Notes under the pieces: generated by a model
Told to the model about the DNA's origin: nothing
Seen by the model: only the letters and a program-made list of their open reading frames with translations
Databases searched by the model: none
Source: Octopus vulgaris
Taxonomy: Eukaryota
NCBI GenBank assembly: GCA_951406725.2
Contig: OX597815.1
Span: 193,130,001-193,194,000 of the forward strand
Direction of reading: 5' to 3'
Length of the DNA stretch: 64,000 bases
Program-made: the position numbers and the translations under genes
Shown: positions 25,481-37,646 of the stretch, one piece after another
Position numbering within the stretch: the first letter of the stretch is position 1
How the letters are laid out: each line of letters begins with the position of its first letter

Positions 25481-25838
25481 AAGTTTATATGTATGTATCC
25501 GTCTATATAATAGGTAACTGCACGTACATATACTTAATATTTATTATTTATTTTTTGAGTATGCATGTATGAATAACTGCGCGTATATATATTTTACTAT
25601 TTACTTATTTTTTGAGTATGCATGTAAGTATGAATATAAGGAGGCAAGTGTGTGTGTGTGTATGTGTAAGCATAGATATATGTATACTTTTACGCATGTG
25701 TGTACTTATGTGTATATATGGATGCGCGTGTGTGTGTGTGTGTATGGGTACGCATGTACATGTGTATGTGCGTGTATGTGTATATGAGTATATATGTATG
25801 TGTGTGCGTATATTTGTATATGTATGTATGTATATGTA

Positions 25839-25901
<63 letters not shown>

Positions 25902-26431
25902 ATGTGTATGTATGTATATGTATATGCGTATGTGTATGTATTTGTATGTGTATGCATGCGCGTATATATATGTATGTATATATATGTGGATGTGTATGTA
26001 TATATATATATATACATGTATGTATTTGTATGTAGGTGTATATGTATGTGTGTGTATTTATATTTATTGGTGTATATGTATAGACTAGCCTTCTAAGAGT
26101 GTAGACATGAATCTGTAGGTACGCGTACGTATGTGTACATACGTGAATGTATGTAGATGTATGTATGTATGAATATAACGCGTGCGTGCGTGTGTATGTG
26201 TATGAGTGTACGAATGAGTGAGTGTACGTGCTAAAGAGTGTGCGTGAGTAAATGAATGCTTGTTTTCCAGTAGACAGATAAATGGACTGGCTGTCATAGC
26301 CAAGATGTTTGTGACCAGCGATCAAAGATAACAAAAGTAATAAATGAAGATAATAAAATTAAAATTAGGGAATGGGTCTGTATTTGTATGTGTATATATA
26401 TGTGTGTATGTGTAGGTATGCATAGGTACAC

Positions 26432-26475
<44 letters not shown>

Positions 26476-27121
26476 ATGTATGTGTGTGTATATATATGTG
26501 TGTGTATATGTGTGTGTATGTGTATATATGTGTATATAGGGACTAGTGTGCTGTGTGTGCATGTGTGTGTGTGGATATGTGTGTGTATGCGTGTTTGTGA
26601 GTATGTGTGTGTATGTGTATATATATTTTTCTGTGTGTATATGTATGTGTGGTCGTGTGTGTATATATACATGTGTGTATACGTGTATGCATGTGAGTGT
26701 GTGTATGTATACATATATGTGTATGTGTAGATATGGATATGTATGTGTAAGTGTATATATATGTATATATGTGTGTGTGTACGTATGTGTGTATGTATAT
26801 GTATGTACGTTTGTGTGTGTATATATGTATACATATGTGCATAGGTATAAGTGAGAATCTCCTTATTTACCTAAAACTCTATTCCCCTTTTTTTTTATAT
26901 ATATATATATATTTTTTTTATATATTTTTTTTTATTTATTTATTTTTTTTTTTTTTAATTTTTTTATTTTTTTATTTATTCTTCTATCTAATTTAACACT
27001 GACTCCTTGACCACTCCCCCAAGTATGATATTTTGCGCTATGCCTACCCCCAAAAAGTCCCCCACCAACACCCCTTTAAACATGCCTAAATGTATAAATG
27101 CCAATACAATTCTTGTTAACT

Positions 27122-27172
27122 AGCTTCCTGAAGATTTCTCTTGAATGAAACAGTTCTAGTCCTGTAGAAGCT
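27122..27172 (+). ncRNA. Type I hammerhead ribozyme in the right PLE terminal repeat
   Basis: Stem I AGCTTC/GAAGCT, CTGAAGA 27128-27134, short stem II (TTC/GAA with U.U closing pair), GAAA 27147-27150, stem III CAG/CTG with a CTAG-containing loop, GTA triplet 27164-27166. Confidence 0.75.
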
Positions 27173-27253
27173 CCTTCTATATAATAAATTAATTTTACTC
27201 TACTATGTATTGAGTACCTTATTTACTGTGGTTAACCCCGAATCAACCCGGGA

Positions 27254-27314
<61 letters not shown>

Positions 27315-27438
27315 ACATATATATATATATAGAAATTCAGGGTGAGTACTTGATAATTGTAAGCACCTGTATATACCGTTTGGTGGTGTAGGTGGTGGAG
27401 TAAATTAATCAAAATAAAAACATGATGCCAAGGATTCA

Positions 27439-27516
27439 GCGGTACATATGTTTCGGGCCTTTATTAGACGGATTTATAACAATGCATAATGTGTGTCTAA
27501 GGCCTTCTTCAGCCGC
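27439..27516 (-). ncRNA. Type I hammerhead ribozyme in a different PLE-like fragment (about 27331-27637)
   Basis: Minus strand reads GCGG-CTGAAGA-AGGCCTTAGAC...GTCTAATAAAGGCCC-GAAAC-ATAT-GTA-CCGC; A.C mismatch at the base of stem II. Confidence 0.65.
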
Positions 27517-27635
27517 GCACAACTATTACCTCAAGGACATGTATTACATCAAAAATTCTACGTTGGGGACGCAAATCCTCTCATTCGCGTACGACATAAT
27601 GCGGCAACAGCATAAAAATGAAGCGTCCATCTCGT

Positions 27636-27676
<41 letters not shown>

Positions 27677-28769
27677 TAATCCAAGCGGGAAAACAGAAAA
27701 AACAACAACACGTGGAACAATTACAGTATTATTATTATTAGGCGCTGAGGAAAATGGAAGAAGTTGGGTATGACGTTTCGAGCGGAGCTCTTCGTCGGAA
27801 ACATAGGAGAAAGAAAGATCCCGAGACGGGAGGACAGAGGAAAAAAAATTTGCAGGTAGTCTTCACGAGGAGACAGACATATAGATAGATAGACAGACAA
27901 GTAGATAGATAAATAGATAAAAACAAAAATGAAGAAGCAAACGGTTTGGCAAGATATGACAAGGACATTTAATATAGCTATATTATCTTTTCTACTCTAA
28001 GTACAAGGCCCGAAATATTTGGGAGGGGGGTCGGTCGATTAGATCGACCTCAGTAAGTAACTGGTACTTAATTTATCGACCTCGAAAGGATAAAAGGCAA
28101 AATCGACAGCTGCGGAATTTGAACTCAGAACGCAAAGACAGGCAAAATACTGCTAATCATTTCGCCCGGCGTGCTAAACCTTCTGCCAATTTGAGGATAA
28201 CGGAGTTTTTAAAAATTTCTCTTAGCTTGCTTTACTGGTTTCAACACACTGTATATTTATAGTGAAAATATTGTATGTGGTTAGACGATCTAAAATCTCT
28301 TTTTCAGCATGTTGGCATAGAAATGTTTATCTTTTGGTCTTATTTATAATAGTGTAAAGAAAATAAGGCCAGGAAGATATAACACAAAGGAAAAGAGCAA
28401 GTAGTTATTAAATAGGTGAGTGTGACGAAAGTATTTGGAAAATGAACAATTAATAATGATAATAAAGCTAGAGCGATGATCAAATAAATTGTGTATATAT
28501 TTATTGGCAAAATACCCGTCCCCAAATATAGCAGTATCCGTTTCGACACACCACTTCACATCACGAATCTTGCTAAACAGATAGATGAACGTAACGTGAA
28601 CCTCAGCAATGCTGGCAAGACGCTGAACAACATTGTATTTTGTTGTTTAAGAAAACTAAAACAACACGATGACTTCAATTTATAAAGCCAATATACATCA
28701 ACAACATTACCGACACTGTGGAAAGGCTGCAACTCACCAGATAGTTGGCTGAAAGACTGAAGCGAACGT

Positions 28770-29188
28770 GGATCTTTTCGGTTTGAACGGCAGTTTTTGA
28801 CATAATTTCTAGGTAATTAAAAAATTTTAAACTTCGTATACCGGTAGAATGTGTTTATAAAACATATTTTTCTCTTGGCTTTATTGAGAAAATTCTATAG
28901 TTTGTAAGATATTTTTTTCTTTTTTTCTTCAATTTCTGCAATTTCAACCAATCAGTAACGTCTATTGGGGTAAAAAAAAACATCCTGTGTCGTATGAATA
29001 TGTCCCTCGTTTAAGAAACAAATTGGATTTATTTACATTTGTGAAGAAAAAAAGATACCCTTCCCCCCACCCCTAACCCTAACCCTAAAACAGATTGAAA
29101 TGCAATAGATCGATATTAGGGTCATAATTATGGGTGACAATTTCATATGACACCACTAGAAAAACTGCCGTTCAAACCGAAAAGATCC
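28770..29188. mobile_element. 419-bp MITE with 29-bp TIRs and 8-bp TSD (Merlin-like)
   Basis: TIR GGATCTTTTCGGTTTGAACGGCAGTTTTT; TSD GCGAACGT at 28762-28769 and 29189-29196. It interrupts an old LINE-like relic (about 28400-29620). Confidence 0.85.
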
Positions 29189-29780
29189 GCGAACGTTGAT
29201 GGTAAGCATAAAAAGGAGAATCTATATAGTGTTAAGCACACACGAAAAACACAAGCGCTTATTACTACGAGAAATAGAATGCATTACTCCACCAACAGAA
29301 CGCATTTATACAAGACGTAAATACGACAGACAATTTAACACAAATTTCGCATTTCTAAAACATAAGTAGCGTATCAAAGACAAACAGGAAGAAAAATGGA
29401 GACACCTAGACAAGACCGATGGGATACACATGGCCAACGTGCCCCTAACAACCGAATTTAGGAGGGACAACAAAGTGAACACTTATGGAGAATAAACAAT
29501 CGATGCGAAGAACAGTCGATTCTCCAACTACCATCAAAGTTCGCTGTGTTCAAAAAAGTGACTATGATACGATCTCTGTCTGAAATAGAAAGGCTTTCAC
29601 GAAAATCTGATGGGATCTGAACAAATATAACAAGAACAACAGCAATTACAATCACCGTAGCAACACGAATAAAAACAACACCAACGATAATAACTTCGAA
29701 TACGTCAATAATACGGATGATAACACGGATGATAATACCACGAATAACTAAAACTGCCAGAATAATAATAATCATCATCA

Positions 29781-30075
29781 TCATTCACGGTCCATCATGG
29801 TATTACGGAGGTCCTGTTGCTGGATGCCTGTATCCCTGGAGATTACATCAGGGTAGGAGAGTGTGCGCCCTCTGGTATTGCGAGTAGATGGCTTCCAGAG
29901 GAGAAGAGGAGAAATTACTTCTTTTTCAGCTCTACAACAATGTCCAGCAAACTGGACTCTCCTACCTTTCACAAGAGATGACACAGGTGGTAGTTTCCCA
30001 TATATTTGCATTTTGGTTGGATGGCGCTTCCATGAGAGATTTTGAGCTCTCATAAGGATATGGCCTGGTCAGCCT
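29781..30075 (-). mobile_element. 5'-truncated RTE-like LINE 3' end (same family as 5717-6035)
   Basis: MRAQNLSWKRHPTKMQIYGKLPPVSSLVKGRRVQFAGHCCRA...; near-identical to 5717-6035. Confidence 0.7.
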
Positions 30076-31238
30076 GTAATGGCATGCATAATAATAATAA
30101 TAATCCTTTTTATTAAAAGCACAAGGCCTGAAATTTTGAGGGAGGAGTCTAGTCAAATCGACCCCAGTGTGCCACTGGTACTTAATTTATCGACCCTGAA
30201 AGGTTGAAAGGCAAAGTCTTCCTCGGTGGAATTTGAACTCAGAACACAAAGAAGGACGAAATGCAGACCATTTTGCCCGGTGTGCTAACGATTCGGCCAA
30301 CTCGCCGCTTTTTTGAAATAACATTAACTAGCGGGACCCGTAAATATTTCACGTAATTAAAGGTAAACCTATGAAGTCATTTCTAAAAACTTTATCCACA
30401 CAACCTGAAAGTGTGGCCTGTGTTCTGTTTGTATGGAAAAATAGTCGCTCATCTGCTACTCATTGAAGACTCAAAGTGTCCCTTCTCCCATTAGAAGTGA
30501 GATATCCCGTGCTGGATACTAAACCCAGCATTCAGTACTCTGCATTTGGCGAATGAATTGTTAGTTGGATGGCTCTTGGGTCCTCGGTGTTTATCCGCCA
30601 TTAGGTCTTGTATTTCATCCTGGAAAGTGACCAAATAACATAAATGCAGCCTGCTCACAAAGCAAGCACTGTGGTGTGGCCGGTTTAGTCGCCGACGGCC
30701 CGACAGTTGCAAAAAAGGTGTGGGGAAAGAGGGTAGTAAACTTATAGTTAATTATTATTATTGTTAGATGGGTGTTCAATATTTGCCTTACAAGTTTAAT
30801 TAGGCAGCTGCTAACAAGCAAGTGGGTTGGGGAAGAGGGTTTCAGGTAAGCTAATCTAAGATTGTTTCATTGGCTAGATATACAGGATGCTGAATTGGAC
30901 TGGTGTCGGTAAGGGTTGGGGATCGACGAAGGAGTGAAACAGTCTGGGTGTTTTAAGAACTGATTTCCACGACTGTATATAAATAAAGTGCACGTTTTAG
31001 ATATTAATGATTTAAATAGAGAAAGAAGGGGAAATGCTTTAACTCAACCTGAATCTAACGAAAAATTAGCATAGGCGCAGGAGTGGCTGTGTGGTAAGTA
31101 GCTTGCTAACCAACCACATGGGTCTGGGTTCAGTCCCACTGCGTGGCATCTTGGGCAAGTGTCTTCTGCTATAGCCCTGGGCTGACCAATGCCTTGTGAG
31201 TGGATTTGGTAGACGGAAGCTGAAGGAGGCCTGTCGTA

Positions 31239-31291
<53 letters not shown>

Positions 31292-32041
31292 TTGTATGTC
31301 TGTGTTTGTCCCCCTAGCATTGCTTGACAACTGATGCTGGTGTGTTTACGTCCCCGTCACTTAGCAGTTCGGCAAAAGAGACCGATAGAATAAGTACTGG
31401 GCTTACAAAAGAATAAGTCCCGGGGTCGATTTGCTCGACAAAAGGCGGTGCTCCAGCATGGCCGCAGTCAAAGGACTGAAACAAGCAAAAGAGAAAGAGA
31501 AAGAGATACTGTTTGACATAGTCTGTGACTTAGTGATTTCGGCTGTATATTTATGACCAGCAGCATAATCATTTGTAAAATAGTTGGCTTTTAGCAAAAT
31601 TTTAAATGAGAAATGTCGAAGTGGACAAGTATTGGTCTGTCCTCATCCTGAAACAGTGAATCAAGAATTTTTCTTTTTAAATTGCTAAGATGATAGCTGG
31701 ATTAACTCCACCATGGCGTGTTTTCTAGGAAGGAAATTGTCATTAGAATTATCATTGCCACAATGTGTCCTTCGTAACCTGGTAGAGGAAATTCTATTTT
31801 CATCGTATATGCTTCAGGTATAAAAGAATCGCAGAAGTGAAGACTTATAAAATTATTTAAATATCCTGTTTTTACGTTAATGTAATAGTGATGATATTAA
31901 TTAATTTTTTTTTAATTATAAGCAGATTTTCACAAGAAAATTGAAAATCACCAACCAGCATATAACATTTGTTTATTAGTTAAATTGATGAGGAATACAC
32001 ACTTTGAAATATCGCTTGTGGAATCTAATTTCTTTTTACAG

Positions 32042-32501
32042 ATGACTCAAAAACCGAAGAACCGAAAGATGAACCACCAGGGTACTGTGAAAACTCTGGA
32101 AATGACACTGCTTTCGATAATCATTTGGCACTTGAACATCCTGAACAACCTGAATATCCACCACCACCGGCATATACACCACGACCTGAACATCCACAAC
32201 CTGGATATTTACCACAATCCGGATATCCACTACAAACTGGATATCCACCACAATTCGGATATCCACTACAAATCGGATATCCACCACAAATTGGATATCC
32301 ACCACAACCTGGATATCTAGCACAACCTAGATATCCCCCACAACCCGGGCATCCCCCACAACCCGGATACCTGTTACAACCACCACTACCTCTGCAGCAA
32401 CGACTACAACAACCACAACAACCAAGAGCATCAGCACCACCACCACCACCACCACCACCACCACCACACAACAACAACAACAACAACAACAGTCTGTTAT
32501 T
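32042..32501 (+). CDS. Dispanin gene copy B, Pro/Gly/Tyr/Gln-rich exon (PGYPPQ-type repeats, PPxY motifs); 1-nt frameshift near 32467
   Basis: tttttacAG acceptor and gttatt|GTAAGC donor as in copy C. The 460-nt length is one base short of keeping frame: ...CCA CCA CA CAA CAA...CAG TCT GTT ATT. Confidence 0.8.
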
Positions 32502-32889
32502 GTAAGCAAATATTTTTTCGTTTCATTTTACGTCTTCACTATTCTTCAAGCATTTATCCTGAACAGAGATCTTATCTGTAGCAAGTTTTAGTCATCAAAA
32601 GGTGAATATTCTAGGAAATCATCTTTAAGCGATTTTAGCCAGTCATATCATTATATGGAGCAGAATAAATGATTTAGTTTGGACTTTATTTTATCAATCT
32701 TTTTTCATTGAATAACCGACAGGTTGTACTAAACTACAATGGTAACAGTAGCAATCGGAGTACCTGGCATAGAAGATATATATACGAATATATACGTGTG
32801 TGCGTGCACGGATGTATGCTTGTGTATGTGTGTGTGTTTGTATGTATGTATGAATGCGTGACAGCACATTCTACACTGGCAAGTCAGTG

Positions 32890-35100
32890 CTTTTATCGAT
32901 GTGACATTTGGAGTAGTTTGTTCTGAGAGCTTGTTCTTGAGAGCTGCACACCGATGCCTGAGTGGGCCCTTTTAAGTCTACTTTCTGCAGTCATTGCCAA
33001 ATTCTATTCCAATCAGTCGCATCTTTAGTTTTCAAGAGCTGACTGCATTTGTTGTCCTGCCAAATTTTCCTCCTCTGCGCACTCAGATCTTTCTTAAATT
33101 GTGTTGGATCTACGGCTTCGTTCAATTTCAAAGTTCACTGCATTTTCACTGCTTCAATCATTTCTTTTTTACACTCCTTGATATACCAAGCTAGGCTATT
33201 TTCCTCTTCCTTTACACAACCTTCACAACACACTAATCCCCGTCATCCTTCCTCTTTACATACTATATTTACACAACACTCTTGAGGTATAATCCCTTGT
33301 TCATTAATTTACGTGTTCTCATGTCCATCTCTTGTAATTCATGCTTCTTCCACGATACAATTTCTGCCCCATATCACATCAAAATAACAGCCTGTGTGTT
33401 AATTGCTCTAATCTTATAGCGGCTATTTAGCAACGATTGGAGCACAAGCCGAGTTCTTTTCAAATACTCTTTCTTTAATCTTGTGGTCTTTCATCTTATC
33501 TCTTTCAATGATAACCTTGTACTTATATTCTTCCTCTCCGACTTATTTTATAGTTTCACTACTTACCGTCTTGATCCCCTGTCTTTTACTGATTTTTGAG
33601 AATCATTACACCTCGATCCCAAATTCCAAGCCATATATCTTTGCTAATCATCTGCACAGTTGCCGTCAAACTCTCAATTTAGGTCATTCATAAACCACAG
33701 ATTATTTACTTTTACCCTACCTAGCATGTACCCCACACACAACACTCTTAAAACACTCGTTAGTGGAGAGGCGAAAGACTGCACCCTTGAAAAATTCCTC
33801 TTGTAATGTTTAACTCTCTCAGCATATCTCTCCATGCTGTGAGTTCAGTACGCCATGTTGTCATTGAGTTTGGTATTAACTTCAGGATACTGTTTGATAT
33901 AATGCCTGTTATCAGTTATTTCATCAGTGGCAAACAAGATATTGGTCGGAAATTTCCAACCGCATTCCCTTTACTTGGGTCCTTCTGGCATAGTACCTAT
34001 TTCTTTATTGCCCACAAGGGGCTAAACACAGAGGGGACAAACAAGGACAGACAAAGGGATTAAGTCGATTACATCGACCCCAGTGCGTAACTGGTACTTA
34101 ATTTATCGACCCCGAAAGGATAAAAGGCAAAGTCGACCTTGGCGGAATTTGAACTCGGAACGTAGCGGCAGACGAAATACGGCTACGCATTTCGCCCGGC
34201 GTGCTAACGTTTCTGCCAGCCTGCCGCCTTCGGCAGACGAAATACGGCTACGCATTTCGCCCGGCGTGCTAACGTTTCTGCCAGCTCGCCGCCTTCTGGC
34301 ATAGTGTCGTTCTTCCTTTTGTCTGTTTAATCTTTACTTCTCAATTCTCTGTTTATATCACCTTAGTTTATGTGCTTTAAATTTCAACCTCTGTTTTAAT
34401 TCCTCAATCGCAACATTGATTCCCTTCCTATTCATCCTATACTTCCTCTCTAGCTCAACATATTTCTCTTACTTAACTTGTTTTCTCTTTTTCCGTTTCA
34501 GAATATTAATATTCTTTCTGGTCTCGTTAATAGACTGCGTTATTCTCCTTTCCTACCATGGTTCCTTCAGGTTATGCTGATATTTACCTTTGGCTTTCAA
34601 ACCTAACTTCCGGGCTATAAAGATCGAGATTGCATTTATCAGTTTGTTGGTGTCTATAATGTCAGTCCTGATATCATCACTGATACCATTTATCTTCCTC
34701 ACCCATTTATTGAGTTTCTTTCTGTTTACTTTTTAAACGCCAGATAAAAGCTCTGTTCACCAGAAGTCCAAATATCAAAGATTTCATTTAAAATGGATAA
34801 CTGTTCCTCGGTTCCGTTATCGCTTTCCTGTCCAATAATCTCAGCTTCATGCTCGTTTTCTTCACTTAACTCTACGGCCATAATTTCACTATCTGCATTC
34901 TCTTCCTCATCCTTCTGTTCACTGCTGGTCTTACTATCCCTAAGCACCTGTTGCTTAATGCTTTCTAGTTCAACTGGAGATAACCATTCATTCTTTCTGA
35001 TAGCTCTAGCTGGGTCACACAGATGTTGTTCACTTAATTCAAATATGTCTCTGTCAATCCATACCCTGTGTATTCCTTTGCTATATCCTGTAGGGGGCAA
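32890..35100 (-). mobile_element. Decayed R4/Dong-clade LINE with a nested SINE (33995-34291, TSD about CCTTCTGGCATAGT)
   Basis: Fragments such as GYSKGIHRVW..SEQHLCD.ARAIRKNEWLS.VELE and KEYLKRTRLVLQSLLN..KIRAINT parallel the element at 57751-61952. Confidence 0.65.
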
Positions 35101-35699
35101 GGCGGCGAGCTGGCAGAAACGTTAGCATTTCTAGCATGCCCAACATTACCCGGTAACCTTCTTTTCAGAGCTTCTATCTCCAATTCTGGTAAATAGGATT
35201 TGGGCTTGACTGTCACAGGACAGGACTTGCGCAAGCTATTGGGTCATTTTATATCAACTACCTTCACCACCTAGGCATTTGAAGACAAATAGAAAAGATA
35301 AATAAATAAAAATAATACTAATAAACATTTTAATTTTTTTTTAAATAAAGCAATAAAATAAAAAAGAATTCTTAATTAAAAAAATAAAAAATAATGCAAA
35401 ATAAAAAATAATAATAATAATAATACAAAAAATAAATAAAGATTAAAAAAATTAAAATCGTGATAATAATTATTATTATTTATTGTCATTGCACAACTTC
35501 TAACGCTGGACATGTACTACGGTACCAGTTGTTCACTACCAGTAATACCCCTAATTTTTCAAGCAAATTCATCGAAAACAGATACTTCCACTCACAGAGA
35601 TTCGATCACTTTTCTTTTGCTACTTACCACTTAGGAGATCTATTGACATGGTTGGTCCTTTTCTGTGACGTTCTGATATCTAATTGAGCAGTTACAACT

Positions 35700-36520
35700 T
35701 TAGCAGTGGAATAGATGAGGTTATTTAAGGTTGTTAGGTCATTTTCCTAATTTTTTAAGATCTGTCGAAGCCCAATGTGATGTATCATGATTATTTTCTA
35801 TGCTGCTTGAGAGTTTTGGTATCGGTTTTCTATTGATCATATCAGTAAACTAAGGCATGCTGCGTTCTTTCATAATAGCATATTTTACTTCTATGATTTC
35901 TTTATTATTCACTTCAAATTCTATCATTTCTATTTTGGTGTTATTGAGGTAGGCCCCGACATGCATCACTTAATTTATTTGCTTCTATATGTCTGCATAC
36001 TTCGTTGCCTACTAAATTTCCCCGTGAAGTGAATGTTTGTACAATGAGGTTATTGTTTGGGTTTAGTTGGGCTGTATAGAAAGCATTCAACACATCTCTA
36101 TAATCACCTCCAGTCCATTTTATGCACTTTGCTTTAGATGATGCTTTTGGTGGTGTCACTACAGGTCTAGGATTAGGGTCATCTTGGTTCAGGTTGCCTG
36201 GTACTTCGTTTGTTTTTTTTTTGAGAGTTTGTTCCAGCAGCAGACTTTTCGATATCAGTCTGGTTCCACATTGAGTATCGCGGTGCTTGATGTCCCAGGC
36301 GATGATCGATCCGGCATGAGTTTTGGCTTGTCATTAAAGCATTGACAATAGGAGACGGGTCTGTATGTTCTGGGTTGACTTTTTGACATGACACCGTTTC
36401 CTTGTACTTCCAATGCTGGAACAAATTCTCAAAAAAAAGAAAAGAAACGAACTACCACGCAACCTAAACCAAGATGACCCTAATCCTAGACATGTAGTGA
36501 CACCACCAAAAGCATCTAAT
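35700..36520 (-). mobile_element. Relic 5' region of an R4/Dong-like LINE with a ~60-bp inverted duplication
   Basis: KWTGGDYRDVLNAFYTAQLNP...ANKLSD aligns with KWTREEYISILHAYFTAVLYP...PNKLAN (61194-61730). About 36134-36197 is mirrored at about 36459-36518. Confidence 0.55.
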
Positions 36521-36824
36521 AGAGCAGTACAACTTTATCAGTGGAATATATATTCGTCGTAGATCGAAAATCACCTCTATTTTTCTTGGTACCTGTTTCC
36601 GGGCATAACTCTTTTACTCTCTTTACTCTTTTACTTGTTTCAGTCATTTGACTGCGGCCATGCTGGAGCACCGCCTTTAGTCGAGCAAATCGACCCCGGG
36701 ACTTATTCTGTGTAAGCCCAGTACTTATTCTATCAGTCTCTTTTGCCGAACCGCTAAGTGACGGGGACGTAAACACACCAGCATCGGTTGTCAAGCAATG
36801 CTAGGGGGACAAAGACAGACACAG

Positions 36825-36855
<31 letters not shown>

Positions 36856-37525
36856 CATATATACGACAGGCTTCTTTCAGTTTCCGTCTACCAAATCCAC
36901 TCACAGGGCATTGGTTGGCCCGGGGCTATAGCAGAAGACACTTGCCAAAGATGCCACGCAGTGGGACTGAACCCGGAACCATGTGGCTGGTTAGCAAGCT
37001 ACTTACCACACAGCCACTCCTGCGCCATAACTGCTTAGAGATCTTTTAAACTGAGTGACTAATTTGAACCTTTGCATATTCGTTTGTGGGGAATCGCTTT
37101 CTTTTTGTTTGGTATGCCATCCTCCTCATACATGTTTTTCTTTTATTTTCTGTATGTTTTGTGTTGGCATTATTTATGTTGCTTGTAAATACTAGGATGA
37201 ATGGAGAGTTGCATGTACTTACTGCGTAATTAGTGTATTTTTACCAGGGTTCTTGGTGTTGGTTTCGTCGTCTTGCGTGTCTCGTTGAGATATCACGCAT
37301 TTAAGAAAGAAAACTATACAGTGCGTAACAAAACTCTTTCCGATTGTTTTCATTCCTCTGCTTTCCCATAGTTGTATCTCGAAGTTTTCCTTCCATTGCA
37401 CCAACATTACTGGATTAAGTTTGTTTTGTGGAGAGATCTTCTTAGAGTACGTCCATGTTGCGCTCATCATCGCCATATGCATCACTGGATAATTATGTTA
37501 ATTTTTTGATTTCTTCTCTTTTCAG

Positions 37526-37595
37526 ACACAAAACCAAGAACTAGAATACTTTACATTTAAGTTGACCGCAGCAATTCTTGTCACCATTTTCTGTT
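37526..37595 (+). pseudogene. Truncated tandem duplicate of the first CD225 exon (TQNQELEYFTFKLTAAILVTIFC...)
   Basis: Intact ttttcAG acceptor and clear homology to 3707 and 37647. It breaks off after IFC and runs into the acceptor region of the complete exon 121 nt downstream. Confidence 0.75.
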
Positions 37596-37646
37596 GTAAA
37601 CATCTCTAAACAATTATACTATTTTTTTTACTTCTTCCATTTTCAG

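Larger units (their letters stand above)
15345..27255 (+). mobile_element. Penelope-like element structure: inverted arm (15345-15622 + 20933-23542), GIY-YIG spacer, direct arm (24478-27188) and short tail
   Basis: The arms are reverse complements, including unique islands (e.g. 21510-21600 vs 26235-26325). Each arm ends in a hammerhead, a GIY-YIG fragment lies between them, and the whole is flanked by (TA)n. Confidence 0.8.

Noticed and set aside
20994-26996. Dozens of 60-309 aa ORFs rich in YI/HT/CV/MY (also at 281-579, 3980-4310, 12158-13747, 53495-54936)
   Set aside because: They are translations of TA/CA/TG/TCTA microsatellites that lack stops by composition; there is no domain content.
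31985-32489. Alternative-frame and antisense ORFs over the Pro-rich exons (HHNLDI repeats; GGYPGC repeats resembling keratin-associated proteins; also 55585-56011)
   Set aside because: They are shadows of the 18-nt repeat. Splice phases and the paralogue comparison support the PGYPPQ frame.
37526-37595. Idea that including the 70-nt stub exon (weak GTAAAC donor) restores the frame lost in copy B exon 2
   Set aside because: The length (3n+1) would compensate, but the shifted frame reads TTA CAC AAA ACC AAG AAC TAG and stops inside the stub.
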